A stretch of 64,000 nucleotides of DNA from the NCBI GenBank assembly GCA_043228905.1, contig JBHGNT010000001.1:22134001-22198000 (forward strand). Direction: 5' to 3'. The stretch is from Azolla caroliniana (taxonomy: Eukaryota > Plantae > Polypodiophyta). The notes beneath the pieces were generated by a model. It was given only the letters and a program-made list of their open reading frames with translations, was not told the origin of the DNA and did not search any database. Every line of letters starts with the position of its first letter. The stretch's first letter is position 1. Below are positions 12,838 through 24,632 of the stretch, one piece after another. The position numbers and the translations under genes are program-made.

Positions 12838-12906
12838 GTAATACATAAAATATTATTTTCATTTATGTTTTATTATAGAAAATTGATGTATATTCTAGAT
12901 TTCTCT

Positions 12907-12926
12907 AGAACATTCTAGAAACTTCA
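12907..12926. promoter_or_regulatory. Perfect 4-unit heat-shock element
   Basis: aGAAcaTTCtaGAAacTTCa about 20 bp upstream of the TATA box. Confidence 0.7.
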
Positions 12927-13081
12927 GGAGTACTCCTAAGAACACTATAAAAGGAGGCACAAGGCATTATTTCGAACCAAATCGGTTCAATGCCAGTCTT
13001 AAGCCTCCTACTACTATTGTATACTCTCTTCACATAATATATATCATTTATCATCATTCTCTCTCACCCTCTCTCTTCCTA

Positions 13082-13786
13082 GAATTGCGTGGGATGCAAG
13101 CAAAAAGATCCAAAAGACGCATAAAAGCAAAATTTTGTGTTCCGGTTGGATGCAAGATATAGAAAAATGGTTTGGTAGATGGGATGCGAGACACTTGCTT
13201 CATGATGCATCATTAGATTCCTCTGTAAATGAGGCATTTTTGCAATGCCAATGTATCATGACATGGGACAAATGTGGAGGCTCACGCTTCACACATTATA
13301 CTACACATGTTGCACCTAACTACAAAACCATATTCTTTGCGGAACGGGGAAATCGTACACATCCATACATGTTAGAGCCCATACCGTTATCTGCCATTCG
13401 AACCATTGCTGCCATGCGACTTAGCTCACATGCATTGCGATGTGAAACAGGGCGTTGGGGTACAAGTGATGAGAGTGGTCGGCTATGCACACTTTGCCCT
13501 AAACAAGTTCGCGAGTCTGAGTATCACACTTTGATACAATGCTCTGCCTTTGATCATATCCGACCATGCTTTCCACATCTCTTCGATCGAGCCCAATCTT
13601 TGCATGAATTCCTCTCACAACCACAATGTGCACTCTCGATTGCAACATTCATTGGTAAAGTTCTTGAACATCGAGAGTCACTACTCACTTTCACACGTAT
13701 CACGTGAAATGTAATATTTTTGGTCTCATAGGTCATATTTGATCTCCGAAGACGATAATATAATCTATCTATCTATCTATCTATCT
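13082..13786 (+). mobile_element. 5'-truncated non-LTR retrotransposon 3' end (RTEX-like)
   Basis: ORF 13135-13707 with RLSSHALRCETGRW..RLCTLC..ESEYHTLIQC zinc-knuckle; (TAA)n(TCTA)n tail; similar CT-rich sequence on both flanks. Confidence 0.75.
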
Positions 13787-14851
13787 CTCTCTCTCTCTCT
13801 TGCTAACTCTTTCCTTCTCTCGAGAGTTCTACATCTTTCTTAGTACTAATCCTAATCTTTTAGTACTAATTCCTTCTCTGTCTTAGTACTGATCATGACA
13901 CATACAACAGATCCACTTCTCCATCAATCACTTTTTCTCTAATAAAGTGATAATGCACTTCAATGTGCTTTGTTCTTGAATGGAACACTAGGTTTTTTGC
14001 CAGCTGAATGTTGTTCATATTGTCACACCAAATTGTGACTGCACCATCTATATACTCACCCAAATCAGAAAGCAATCTTCTGATCCATACCTCTTCACAG
14101 GTGGCTATTGCAACTCCTCTATATTCAGCTTTAGTAGTTGATAGTGCAACAATAGCTTGTTTCTTGCTACTCCATGAAATAATTGCACATCCCAATGTAA
14201 AAATATATCCACATGTGGATCTTCTATCAGTTTGGCTTCCAGCCCAATCAGCATCTGTATATCCTTCCAGCTTTATGTCAAGATCAGCCTTGTAAAACAG
14301 TCCATAGTTATGAGTAGCTTTTACATACCTCAAGATTCTTCTAATGCAGTCCAAATGTGGCTTTATTGGCTGTTGCATAAACTGGCTGACTTATCCAACA
14401 ACATAACTCAAATCAGGTCTTGTTATGGTCAAATATATGAGGCTGCCCACCCTAGACCTGTACATGTTTACATCTTCTATTTTGGCTCCCAAATCAACCT
14501 TCAATTTGCAGTTCTTATCCAATGGTACACCAATAGGTTTGTATCCAAGCATACCATACTTCTTCAACATAGTTGTTACATACTATTTTTGCAACATATA
14601 TATACCACTTTCAGATCTAATCATCTCAATGCCAAGAAAGTATCTCAGCTCTCCCAAATCCTGCATATGAAATTGCATTTCAAGATTTTTTTTCAGCTTG
14701 CTTATTTAATCCATGGAATCACCTCCAATGATTAAATCATCAACATAAATCAAAATAACAACAATTCAATCATTTATCCTTTTTACATACAATGATGGAT
14801 CAGCCTTTGACATTTTAAAAGAAATTTTTTTCAAAGATTCTGAAAGTTCTT

Positions 14852-14901
14852 TATGGCTGTTAACCATAAGGTCGGAGGTTCAAACCCTCCCTGGAGCGCC
14901 A
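14852..14901 (+). tRNA. 3' 50-nt copy of tRNA-Asn(GTT) including CCA (retro-copied fragment, not a functional gene)
   Basis: TATGG-CTGTTAA-CCATA anticodon arm, AGGTC variable loop, GGAGG-TTCAAAC-CCTCC T-arm, CTGGAGCG-CCA; no D-arm or 5' acceptor strand. Confidence 0.9.
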
Positions 14902-14904
14902 AAA

Positions 14905-15543
14905 TGAAAAGAGAGATGATGATAGAAAAGAGAGAGAAGGAAGATCTAGAAACCCAAATCTACAAAGATATATTAATAAGGAGTGATCATCATAGAAACA
15001 AGAGAAAGAAGATACATAAACTCAAGCCTACAAGGATCAATTGATCACTAGAAAAACGCACTACATGAATAGGTAAGAAAAACACCACCAGAAAACCATG
15101 CCCTCTCACCACCTCACTCTTCTTGCTTTATATGAAGTTCTCCTCTAGTAGATCAGTTTTGCTTGCTTTCTTTTCCACGCTTTTTTTAGAGCTGTTCCAT
15201 CTCCTATTCTTAGCTATGACACAACGATCTTCTAATCGTCATATCTCCCTCATCCATGCTCCAAATTTAGAGTTTTAAAAAGCTACGGATAGCTCTCGTC
15301 ATAAGCTTTCTAACCCATATTTACACGTGATATTTGGGTGTCAAACGAGAGAGTTATGAGCATTTGTTTCTGACTGCGTTTTGGTGGTTTGCTTTTTCTC
15401 TTTTTACTTTTCTCCATCTTTATTGCTTTTATTTGGACTTATCCACGAGATGTTGGTTCATGTCCTTGTCCTCCAAATGTGAATCCTCCATACCTTATAT
15501 TCTTTTAGTGTCCAATAGCTTGAATTCTAAAAATAGTTTCACA
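14905..15543 (-). mobile_element. Single LTR of a tRNA-Asn-primed retroelement, inserted in the Copia-3 RT
   Basis: Minus strand TGTGAAA...TTTTCA, then TTT and TGGCGCTCCAGG PBS; TATAAAG on the minus strand near 15130; host RT resumes on both sides. Confidence 0.72.
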
Positions 15544-18016
15544 CCTTGGTGCTTGTTTCAATCCATAGAGAGCCTTTTTTAGCCTACATACATATTCTGT
15601 ATGCTTCTTATCTTCAAAACCTGGTGGTTGACACATATACACTTCTTCTTCTAAGTTACCATGTAAAAAGGAATTTTTTACATCCATATGGTGCTGAACC
15701 CATCTTTTGGATGCACTCACAACAGGTAGTGTTCTTAATGTTGTCATCTTTGCAACCAGTGCAAATGTTTCATCATAATCAATTCCTTGCATCTAGGCAT
15801 ATCCCTTTGAAACAAGTCTTGCTTTATGTCTACTAACATTTACATTTGAATCATGCTTTGTTTCTTTCAGTAACTTCACCAAATACCATGTTTTGTTTTC
15901 AGCCAATGCATCTATTTCTTCTTGTATTGCATTCACCCATTTCTTATCAGATTTTGCTTCATCAAAACTATTTGGATCAAGGATTTGTACCACTTTAGAC
16001 ATGTATGCATAATGCATAGCCATATATGTGTCATAACCAAATCTTTCAACAGTCTTTTTCTCTCTATCTGATCTTCTCAGTTTCTGATTTGCATTTGTCA
16101 TTGCTTTTTCCACACCAAGAATTTTCAAGGATCGTATACCAAGCTCATCATCCAATGATGTATCTGAATCTACATCTTCCATGTTTCTAGATCCATCATC
16201 AAGCATTTCATATTCTACCATCTTCTGTTATCCCTTTTTATCGTCATATTTTTTGTCTTGCATTTTTTCCACTCTATGCATTAGATTCAGATTTACTACC
16301 TAAGCTTCCATATGGTCGAGTACATTCCATTGATGTGGAACTTTGTTGTCCAACATTGTTTCCATCTCCATGGCAATCTCTTCCATTTTCAGAATTTTCT
16401 GTGTCTTCATTTTCACAGTCTTCATCAGTTTCTACATTTCCTTTTGGGTTGTACCAACTGCTTAACTCATCAAATATTACATCACGGCTTACCACAATCT
16501 TTTTTGTTAATGGGTTATATCATCTATACCCTTTTTGCTCCTCTGAGTATCCAACAAGAACACATTTTTCAGCTTTTGGATCAAGCTTCCTTCTCACTTC
16601 AGCTTCCTTCTCAAGAACATATGGAAGTCATCCAAACACTTTTAAGTGTCCTAAACTCGGCTTTTTGCCATAGAAACATTCTTCAGGAGTTACTTCATGT
16701 ACTTCATATGTTATACATCTATTTAGGATATAGTTTGCTGTGTTTATAGCTTCTGCCCAATAATACAATGGCATATTTTTTTTCTGTCATTAAAGCTCTT
16801 GCTACATTCACCAAAGTTCTGTTTTTCCTCTCAACAACTCCATTTTCTTGTGGAGTATATCTACGTGTAAACTGTCTCCTTATTCCTTGATTGCATAGAA
16901 AATCAGAAAATTCATTTGAGAAATACTCTCCTCCTCCCTCAGATCTTAAGCATTTTATTCTAGCACCAGCCTGCTTTTCCACCATACATTTAAACTTACG
17001 AAAGCAATCAAATACTTCACTTTTTTCTTTCATGAAGTAAACCCATGTTTTCCTTGAGAAATCATCAATAAATGTTACATAAAACTTACATCCACTAATT
17101 GATGCATTTTTTGTTGGTCCCCATACATCTGTATGTACCAAATCCAACAAATTTTTGCTTACATGTCTTTCCATATTGGCATGCTTCACATATTTTGTTC
17201 ATCTCACAATCTTTCAACTTAGGCAATCCAGCCACTGCATTTTTCCTCAACATATTTTTCAAGGTTTGCATACTTATGTGACCGATTCTTTTATGCCACA
17301 TTTCCACATCTGAGATTACACTCATTCCTTCTGCAAACATGGTTGTAATCTTTTTAGGCATATCCACATCTAACACAAACATCCTTCCTTGTCGTTTTCC
17401 TTTTGCAATAAGCTTTCCTTGTTTCTCTATAAAGCATCCACTTTGCTTAAACTTAACTTGCATTCCTTGCTCCACTACCTGTCCAACAGAAATAAGATTT
17501 TTTGCAAGGTTTGGAACATGCATCACGTTCAGCATATACTTTTTTTTTCCTTTTTCTTCCCACAATGGGATATCTCCAACATGCTCTATTTGGTGAGTAG
17601 TATTATCACATGTTTGTACATAACCAGGAATCTCTGGTTCTCTTAGAATTTCAAACAAGTTTGCATGTCCTGTCATATGATTAGATGCCCCAGAATCTAC
17701 ATACCACATAAACTCTTCATTGCATCTCTGTGAACATTCAGCCATTGTCGTTGTTTCATGTTGCACCACAAATGCACCATCTTTATCACAGTCTTCACTA
17801 GTTGAGGCATAATTATTTTGCTATCTCCTCCCTCTTTTTTCATCATTTTGCTTTTTATAGCATTCAGCCTTTGTATGGCCTAGTTTTCTACAATACCAAC
17901 AGTCATCATCATTCAAATAAGTTTGCTTACCCCTACCTCTGATGTTGTTTCTTCCACTTGTAACCTGTTGTCCTCTTCCTTGATAACTATTGTTGTTGGT
18001 TCTAGTTGAACCAAAT

Positions 18017-18075
18017 TGTGAAAGATTGCTTGCGGAAGCGTTAGAAAAAACAATACAGAGAGAGAGAGAGTAATC

Positions 18076-18117
<42 letters not shown>

Positions 18118-18457
18118 ACTATTTTATCAAAATTATATGAATACTCTATACTTTGTATATTCTGTATCTACAATGCGCTCATCAGCTCTATTTATACAAG
18201 TCCACACGGGACTGTTAGAAGTACGGTGTACTTCAATGCTCACACGAGCGTCTGACACTAACTACGAGACTATAACTGCCTAGTAGTCTAACCTATACTA
18301 GGCTTCCGGTTACGGATTGGATCCGGCATACCGGCTCCCCAGCTCACCGGTCCTTACTGCTTACCGGCTCAGTTGCTCACCGACATACCGATTCATCTCG
18401 CTTACCGGCTCAGGCTTATTCAGCCGATCCGGCTCCGGTTGAGCTTGCCGCTCAACA
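18017..18457 (-). repeat. Copia-4 3' LTR
   Basis: Direct repeat of 21985-22413 with an expanded (GA)n. Confidence 0.93.
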
Positions 18458-21400
18458 CTCCCCCTCAAGCTCAACCTGAGGTAGGGTCATAGTGTCAACC
18501 TCTGTGGCAACCGGTTCTTCCAACCGACTTCTCCTGGTGTCGCTTCGCCTTGCTCGCGCTCCTTGTCTGGTCCTGTCCAATTTGCCGCGACCCCTTTGGT
18601 TCTGCGCGCCTCGACCTTCGACATGTCTGCTCAATGGGCCCATCTCAGCTCCTTCGCTGCTATGACTCCGGCGCTTGCCGATCCGTCGGTTCCACCGCGA
18701 TGGCATCGACTTCCGCTTCGTCCGTGTCTCCTTGGCCTCTAGATGATCGGACTCATGCGGATCCGTCTGTTGATCCGAATCGGCTGTCTCCGACTCGTTC
18801 CAGCTCTTGTCCGAATCGGTATCCTCCGATTCGATTTCCGGCTTCAGGCCTCTCACCACATCGGACCACGTCCGGGTCTTGGCCTTCTCCGTGCTTCCCT
18901 TGGCTTCTTCAGCCGGTTCACCGACTTGTTCGGATGTGCCGACTTGCTTCGTCGACTCAGCTTCATTTTCCTTCTTGTTTCCACCTCTACCGGTTCTTCT
19001 CTTACCTACGGGTTCAACAATTTTTTTGCCTTTACCCGTTTCGGTAGTGTCTTTGCCCTTGCGTCTCCCCCTCAAGTGCGGCATGTCGAGATGCTGAACA
19101 CCAAGCATTTCGGTAAAGTGCTGCAACTTGTCCGACCCGAGCGGCTTGGTGAAGATGTCGGCAACTTGCCGATCCGTGTGAACATACCGTAGTTCAACTT
19201 CACCGCTCAGGACCCGCTCACGCACGAAGTGATAATGCACTTCTATGTGCTTTGTGCGAGCATGGAACACAGGGTTCTTGGCGAGTTGTATGCTGCTGAG
19301 GTTATTTTGCAGTAGATCAGGATCGGGATCGGTACCTCGATCCACAGGTCTTGCAGTAGCCGCCAAAGCCAAATGGCTTCGCAGGTGGCAATGGTCGCGC
19401 CCCGGTATTCAGCCTCAGTGCTGGATAGAGCCACGATTGGCTGCTTTTTACTGCTTCACGCAACAGCCGCGCTCCCAAGAGAAAACATAAAGCCGGAAGT
19501 AGAGCAACGATCCGTTGCATCGCCAGCCCAGTCGGCATCCGTGTAGCCGACAAGCTCTTCGGTTATACCTTGCCGGTATAAGAGCCCCCGGTCCTTAGTG
19601 CCGCTTACATACCTCAGTATTCGTTGCGCACACTAAAGGTGTTCCACGGTCGGCTTCTACATGAATTGGCTTACCACTCCGACCGGATAGCTAATGTTGG
19701 GTCAGGTGATGGTCAAGTAGATTAGGCTTCCGACTATTTGTCGGAACCGTTTCTCATCGCAGGCTGGTCTGGAGTTGAGATGGATCTTCTAATTCCGGTC
19801 CAGGGGTGTGGAGACAGGTCGGCATTCCATCATGCCGAACTTGTACAATATATTCAACACATAATGGCGTTGAGAAAGCAATATGCCGTCGGGGGTGCCG
19901 ATCACCTCGATCCCCAAAAAATAATGAAGGTCCCCCAAGTCCTTCATATCGAATGCGTCCGACAACTAGGACTTGATGCGGTTGATTTCCGGAAGACTTG
20001 GGTTGGTGATGACTAAATCATCAACATAGAGTAAGATACATACCGGACCGTTTGAGCCTTGAAGGATGAACAGGGAAGAGTCCGACTTAGAGGCAACAAA
20101 CCCCATCTTTCGCAACCGGTGCGTGATCTTAGCATTCCAAGCACGGGGGGCTTGCTTCAAGCCGTACAACGACTTCCTCAGCCGACATACCGCCGACTTG
20201 TTCATCTCCGATTGAAATCCGGGGGGCTGAGTCATAAAGACTTCTTCTTCAAGATCTCCTTGAAGGAAGGCATTCTTCACATCCATCTGATGAAGATGCC
20301 ACCCCCTTGCCGCAGCAACAGCCAGTACCACACGAACCGTCGTCATCTTCGCTACATGAGCGAAGGTCTCATCGTAGTCTATTCTGTAGGTCTGCGCATA
20401 TCCCTTCGCCACTAACCGGGCCTTGTACCGGTTCACTGTACCGTCGGCATTGTACTTTACCTTATACACCCACTTGCATCCGATCGGTTTACAATGACGG
20501 GGAGGGTCAACCAGGTCCCAAGTTCCGTTGGCATCCAGTGCCCACATTTCTTCCTCCATAGCGGCACGCCAATTTGCGTCCTCCGGCTCACACACTTCCG
20601 CGACCTTGGTCATGTACGCATAATGATGCGCCATGTACTTGTTATACCCGTACCGTTTAACGGGATCCTTCTGGCGGCTGGACCAGCGTAACTCACCGTT
20701 ACCCGGTATGAGACCCTTCTTGGTCGGTTCAGTCTTTGTTCTCGAAGATCTGCCTATGTCCTTGCCGAAGTCAGAAACGCACCGATCCGACTCATCATTA
20801 CCGGTCTCGAATTTCGGCATCTTCTGGTTCCCCTTCTCTTTGCGTGTGAACCGTCTCTTCGGTTCCTTGCGCGGGGAGAGCACAACAGAGTCTCCACTAC
20901 TCACCGTCTCATCATCCGACTGGTTGGACTGATCCAGTCTCTCATTCGGTCCGCTTAACCGGAATGATTCCGGACTCTCATCTAGAGTTCCGGCTTCATC
21001 TTTCTCTACCTGGGCCGGTTCGGGCTCACTAGCCCCATCCTCCGACATCGGGTCGGGATCGGAAGTCGGAGTCGGTAAGGAATACCACGATGCCGATTCA
21101 TCAAACTCGACATCTCGGCTGACTCGGACCTGCTTCGTCTGGGGGTTATAACACTTATACCCCTTTTGCTCTTGAGCATAGTCGACTAGGATGCATTTTT
21201 CCGATTTTGCATCCAGCTTTCTCCGCTTCTCATCTGGCACATGTACATAGGCCATGTTGCTGAATATCCGGAGGTGTCTCAAATTCGGCTTGCGCCCGAA
21301 ATACAGCTCGTGAGCTGACACCTTGTCCCCGATCCGGTTCTGGATGTAAACGGCCGTTTGGACCGCCTCCGCCCAGTAGAACTTGGGCATGCTCTTTTCC

Positions 21401-21888
21401 TCCAGCATTGCCCTAGCCGCATGAATCAGTGACTGATTCTTCCTTTCGGCCACACCGTTCTGTTGCGGTGTGTATCTGCAGCTGAATTCTCGCCGATTTC
21501 CTTTTTATTGCAGATAGTTGTTGAATTGGCCGGAAAAGTACTCTTTTCCACTGTTCGACCGTAGGCATTTGATCTTCCTCTCCGATTCCCGTTCCACCAT
21601 CTTCTGGAGGCTCCAGAAACACTCGAAGACTTTGCTCTTCCGCTCAATGAGGTAGATCCACGTAGCTGGTCACCGACACTGGACGCAAAGCAATACATCA
21701 CCCTGCTTGCCGCCTGTTCCCACACTAGGAAGTCCTTGTGTGTCGTCTCCGGTGCTAAGTCGTTCATTCCGTCGACATAACTCCAGTAGCCATGCCCAAG
21801 CAGGTAGTGGTGCATCTTGTATGACCAAGATGCGTAGTTGGTTCTGTCGAGCTTCTCCATCGGGAGCGACGTAGCCATACCTCTGTCC
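18452..21888 (-). pseudogene. Copia-4 deleted gag-pol (IN-RT-RH plus C-terminal extension)
   Basis: ORFs 19966-21453 (IN-RT, LLYVDDL) and 18452-19372 (RH plus tail). Confidence 0.9.
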
Positions 21889-21984
21889 ATTTCTCCTTTT
21901 GTGTTTGTTTTCCGATCTGTTAGGGTTTCCTTCACAAGTGTAGATGTATCAACAGAGGTTCTCAACCCACGCGCTCTGATACCA

Positions 21985-22413
21985 TGTGAAAGATTGCTTG
22001 CGGAAGCGTTAGAAAGAACAGTACAGAGAGAGAGAGAGAGAGTACGCAGGAGAGACACACAGAGAGAGAGCACACTATTTTTTAAAAATTATATGAATAC
22101 TCTATACTCTGTATATTCTGTATCTACAACGCGCTCATCGGCGCTATTTATACAAGTCCACATGGGACTGTTAGAAGCACGGTGTACTTCAATGCTCACA
22201 CGAGCGTCTGACACTAACTACGAGATTATAACTGCCTAGTAGTATAACCTATACTAGGCTTCTAGTTACGGATTGGATCCGGCATACCGGCTCCCCAGCT
22301 CACCAGTCCTTACTGCTTACCGGCTCGGTTGCTCACCGGCATACGGATTCATCTCGCTGACCGGCTCAGGCTTATTCAGCCGATCCGGCTCCGGTTGAGC
22401 TTGCCGCTCAACA
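21985..22413 (-). repeat. Copia-4 5' LTR
   Basis: Adjacent to the Met PBS; TG..CA termini. Confidence 0.93.
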
Positions 22414-22520
22414 CAAATCTTCCATGGCCTCTTCCTCGGCCTCTTCTAGCACTATTGTAGAGGGCTTGCCCCTTAGTCGCAGAGTTTACTTTGTTTACAT
22501 TATCCATCTAATTTCTTTCT

Positions 22521-22902
22521 TGAAATTGTGTTGATGCCCTTCAGGTTTAAAAATTCCTCGCATGCCCCTCTCTTTTTTCTTCTTGATGCTCTCATGTTTG
22601 TGAAATTACCGTATGCCCCTCTCTTCTTCTTCCTCTCTTTTTTTGTTTCTTTCTTTTTCTTTTCCTGTTTCTGTCCAGAAGGAGTAAAGAAGGCTAGGAA
22701 ATCTAATGGTTGCCCTTGAGTTTTTGAAATTGTGTCGATGCCCTTCGCGTTTTAAAATTCCTCGCAGGCCCCTCTCTTTTATCTTCTTGCTGCCCTCATG
22801 TTTGTGAAATTACCGTATGCCCCTCTCTTCTTCTTCCTCTCTTTTTCTGTTTCTTTCTTTTTCTTTTCACTCTTCCTGTCTCAGGAGGAGTAGAGAAGGC
22901 TA
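22521..22902. repeat. Diverged tandem duplication (~205-bp period), pyrimidine-rich
   Basis: TGAAATTGTGTYGATGCCCTTC...GTGAAATTACCGTATGCCCCTCTC...GAAGGCTA at 22521 and 22726. Confidence 0.8.
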
Positions 22903-23858
22903 TTATTTCCTTTCTTTGCCTCCGTTTTCGGCCTGTGCAATTCTACACAGTTCCCAGCGAGTGGATTCAAAAAATACATCCCATTTCTACACATTCTCTC
23001 TCCCACCAATTTCTGTCTCTATTCCCTTGTGTCTCTGTCTTCGTCTTCGCCACTCATAGCATCTTTTATTTTATTGCTTGCCTCTGCCTTCCTCTTCTAC
23101 CTCCAATGTCTGGGTGTCTATGTCTCTGTCTTCCTCCATCTTTTTCTCTGTCTGTCTGAGTCATTCATGCCAAGGGGGTTTGTGTCGATGGCCACATCTT
23201 GAAATGTGGCCAGCCTTTCCTACCGAGCACTGATCCCATGGACATATAACCCTCTGACATTGCTTTTTCTCCCTCATCTTTAAATCCTTTAGTATTTGTA
23301 TCATGTCCATTCGATGATGATGAGATACTTAATAGAACCTGATCCCCATCAAGTTTGGACTTGTATTGAAAGTGCATCTTCTTTCTCTATAGTTTTCTCT
23401 GAATTCTTATTGTTCTAGACAAGCGCAAATGCCCTTAGCAAACTTCAGGGGGGATTGTACGTGAATGCAGATTGAGGCAGTAAATTATCACAAACATTAT
23501 CCAACTCAATTGCATAACCTCCATCATGGCCCTGTAATATCACTGGTAACTGGTTGGTGTTTGTATATCCTGTATATGCAGCACCGTATTGCTCAGGCGA
23601 AGCCATTTATTAGAAATTGGAAGCATACACAGGTACACAGCCATTGGGTTGGGGTACGTAAGGTATTCCTGTGGGTATATTACACCCATACGGAAGTTGA
23701 ATATGTACATAATTGTAATCTACAACATGCAAATTTTGGTAGTATACCCCGTCTGTAGGAGTGTAAGGAACAAAAGAAACCATGCTCGGAGCAGGATAAC
23801 CTATATATACAAGCATAGAAGGATCACCGATGACAACAAAAGAAACATTAGAACATGA

Positions 23859-24600
23859 GCTCTGATACCAACTATTAGAGATATGATCTAATATAAGCGT
23901 ATGGTATGCACCTCCATAGAAGAATTCAATTGATCCAATCCTTCTATGGAGAAGCCTTTTCTCTCGTTTGAACAAGTTATGGTTTCCCTCAGGGATATCC
24001 GCCATATTCATTGATTGACTACAGGATGAATCTGGCCAGTCTCCTCCCCCTGCGGGAGTTTCTTGTCTTCTTTTGTAACCTCATCTATATGTTCTATCTC
24101 ACAATATGAAGCGAGATCAAGCTTATGTTCCTTCACATTCAGTGTTTGATCTACGTTTTGCTCCAAAAGATGGCCATCGCTGTCTCTATCTTTATGGAGA
24201 TTATATAAGAAGGTATAGATCTCGGAATGAAGAAGAAGAGAGTGAGGATAAAAGCAGGTCTTCCAAAAAACACACGCAAAGAATAGGTGAAAGGACGGAA
24301 GGAAGGAAGGAAGAGAAACACTAGAGATGATGAAAACCTAATTGTTGAGATCAAAGCCGACCACAACCGGTTTATACTCCAGCGTATGTATGTATGCAAA
24401 GAATAGGTGAAAGGACAGAAGGAAGGAAGGAAGAGAAACACTAGAGATGATGAAAACCTAATTGTTGAGATCGAAGCCGACCACAACCGGTTTATACTCC
24501 AGCATATGTATGTATGCGGGTGCAAAGATTTAAACGAACAGAATAAAAATAGAAAGCAAAAGTATAACTGCTACGACACACAATATGTTTTACGTGGAGA
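23859..24600 (-). mobile_element. Probable Met PBS and 5' LTR remnant of an unassigned element
   Basis: GCTCTGATACCA at 23859-23870 (minus-strand PBS) followed by non-coding LTR-like sequence; right boundary uncertain. Confidence 0.45.
24276..24517. repeat. 120-bp tandem duplication x2
   Basis: GCAAAGAATAGGTGAAAGGAC...GTATGTATGTAT repeated with about 3 mismatches. Confidence 0.92.
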
Positions 24601-24632
24601 CATAAGAAGAAGAAGAAGAAGAAGAGGACGCG

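Larger units (their letters stand above)
12762..13900 (+). repeat. Chromovirus A 3' LTR, interrupted by an RTEX-like LINE
   Basis: Follows the PPT; terminal inverted repeat TGTCATGA...TCATGACA; TATAAAA near 12946; architecture matches 41000-41403. Confidence 0.85.
18017..22413 (-). mobile_element. Copia-4, internally deleted (lacks gag C-terminus, protease and pre-integrase)
   Basis: LTRs 18017-18457 and 21985-22413; TSD CAAAT; PBS 21973-21984; PPT 18458-18468; gag joined to the integrase near 21663. Confidence 0.95.
13901..22515 (-). mobile_element. Copia-3, old AT-rich degenerate element; hosts chromovirus A, the tRNA-Asn LTR and Copia-4
   Basis: Minus-strand RH 13901-14378, RT 14380-15900, IN 16270-17190, PR WYVDSGASNHMT near 17700, gag remnants 17800-18016 and 22419-22515; LTRs not securely found. 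Confidence 0.85.

Noticed and set aside
14852-14901. Functional tRNA-Asn gene
   Set aside because: The 5' acceptor strand and D-arm (A-box) are missing and CCA is encoded, so it is a retro-copy
18452-19070. env-like gene after pol
   Set aside because: The extension is hydrophilic and charged, has no transmembrane stretch and is in frame with RNase H; reported instead as a pol tail
24276-24517. CRISPR array or satellite
   Set aside because: Only two adjacent 120-bp copies with no spacer; a simple tandem duplication
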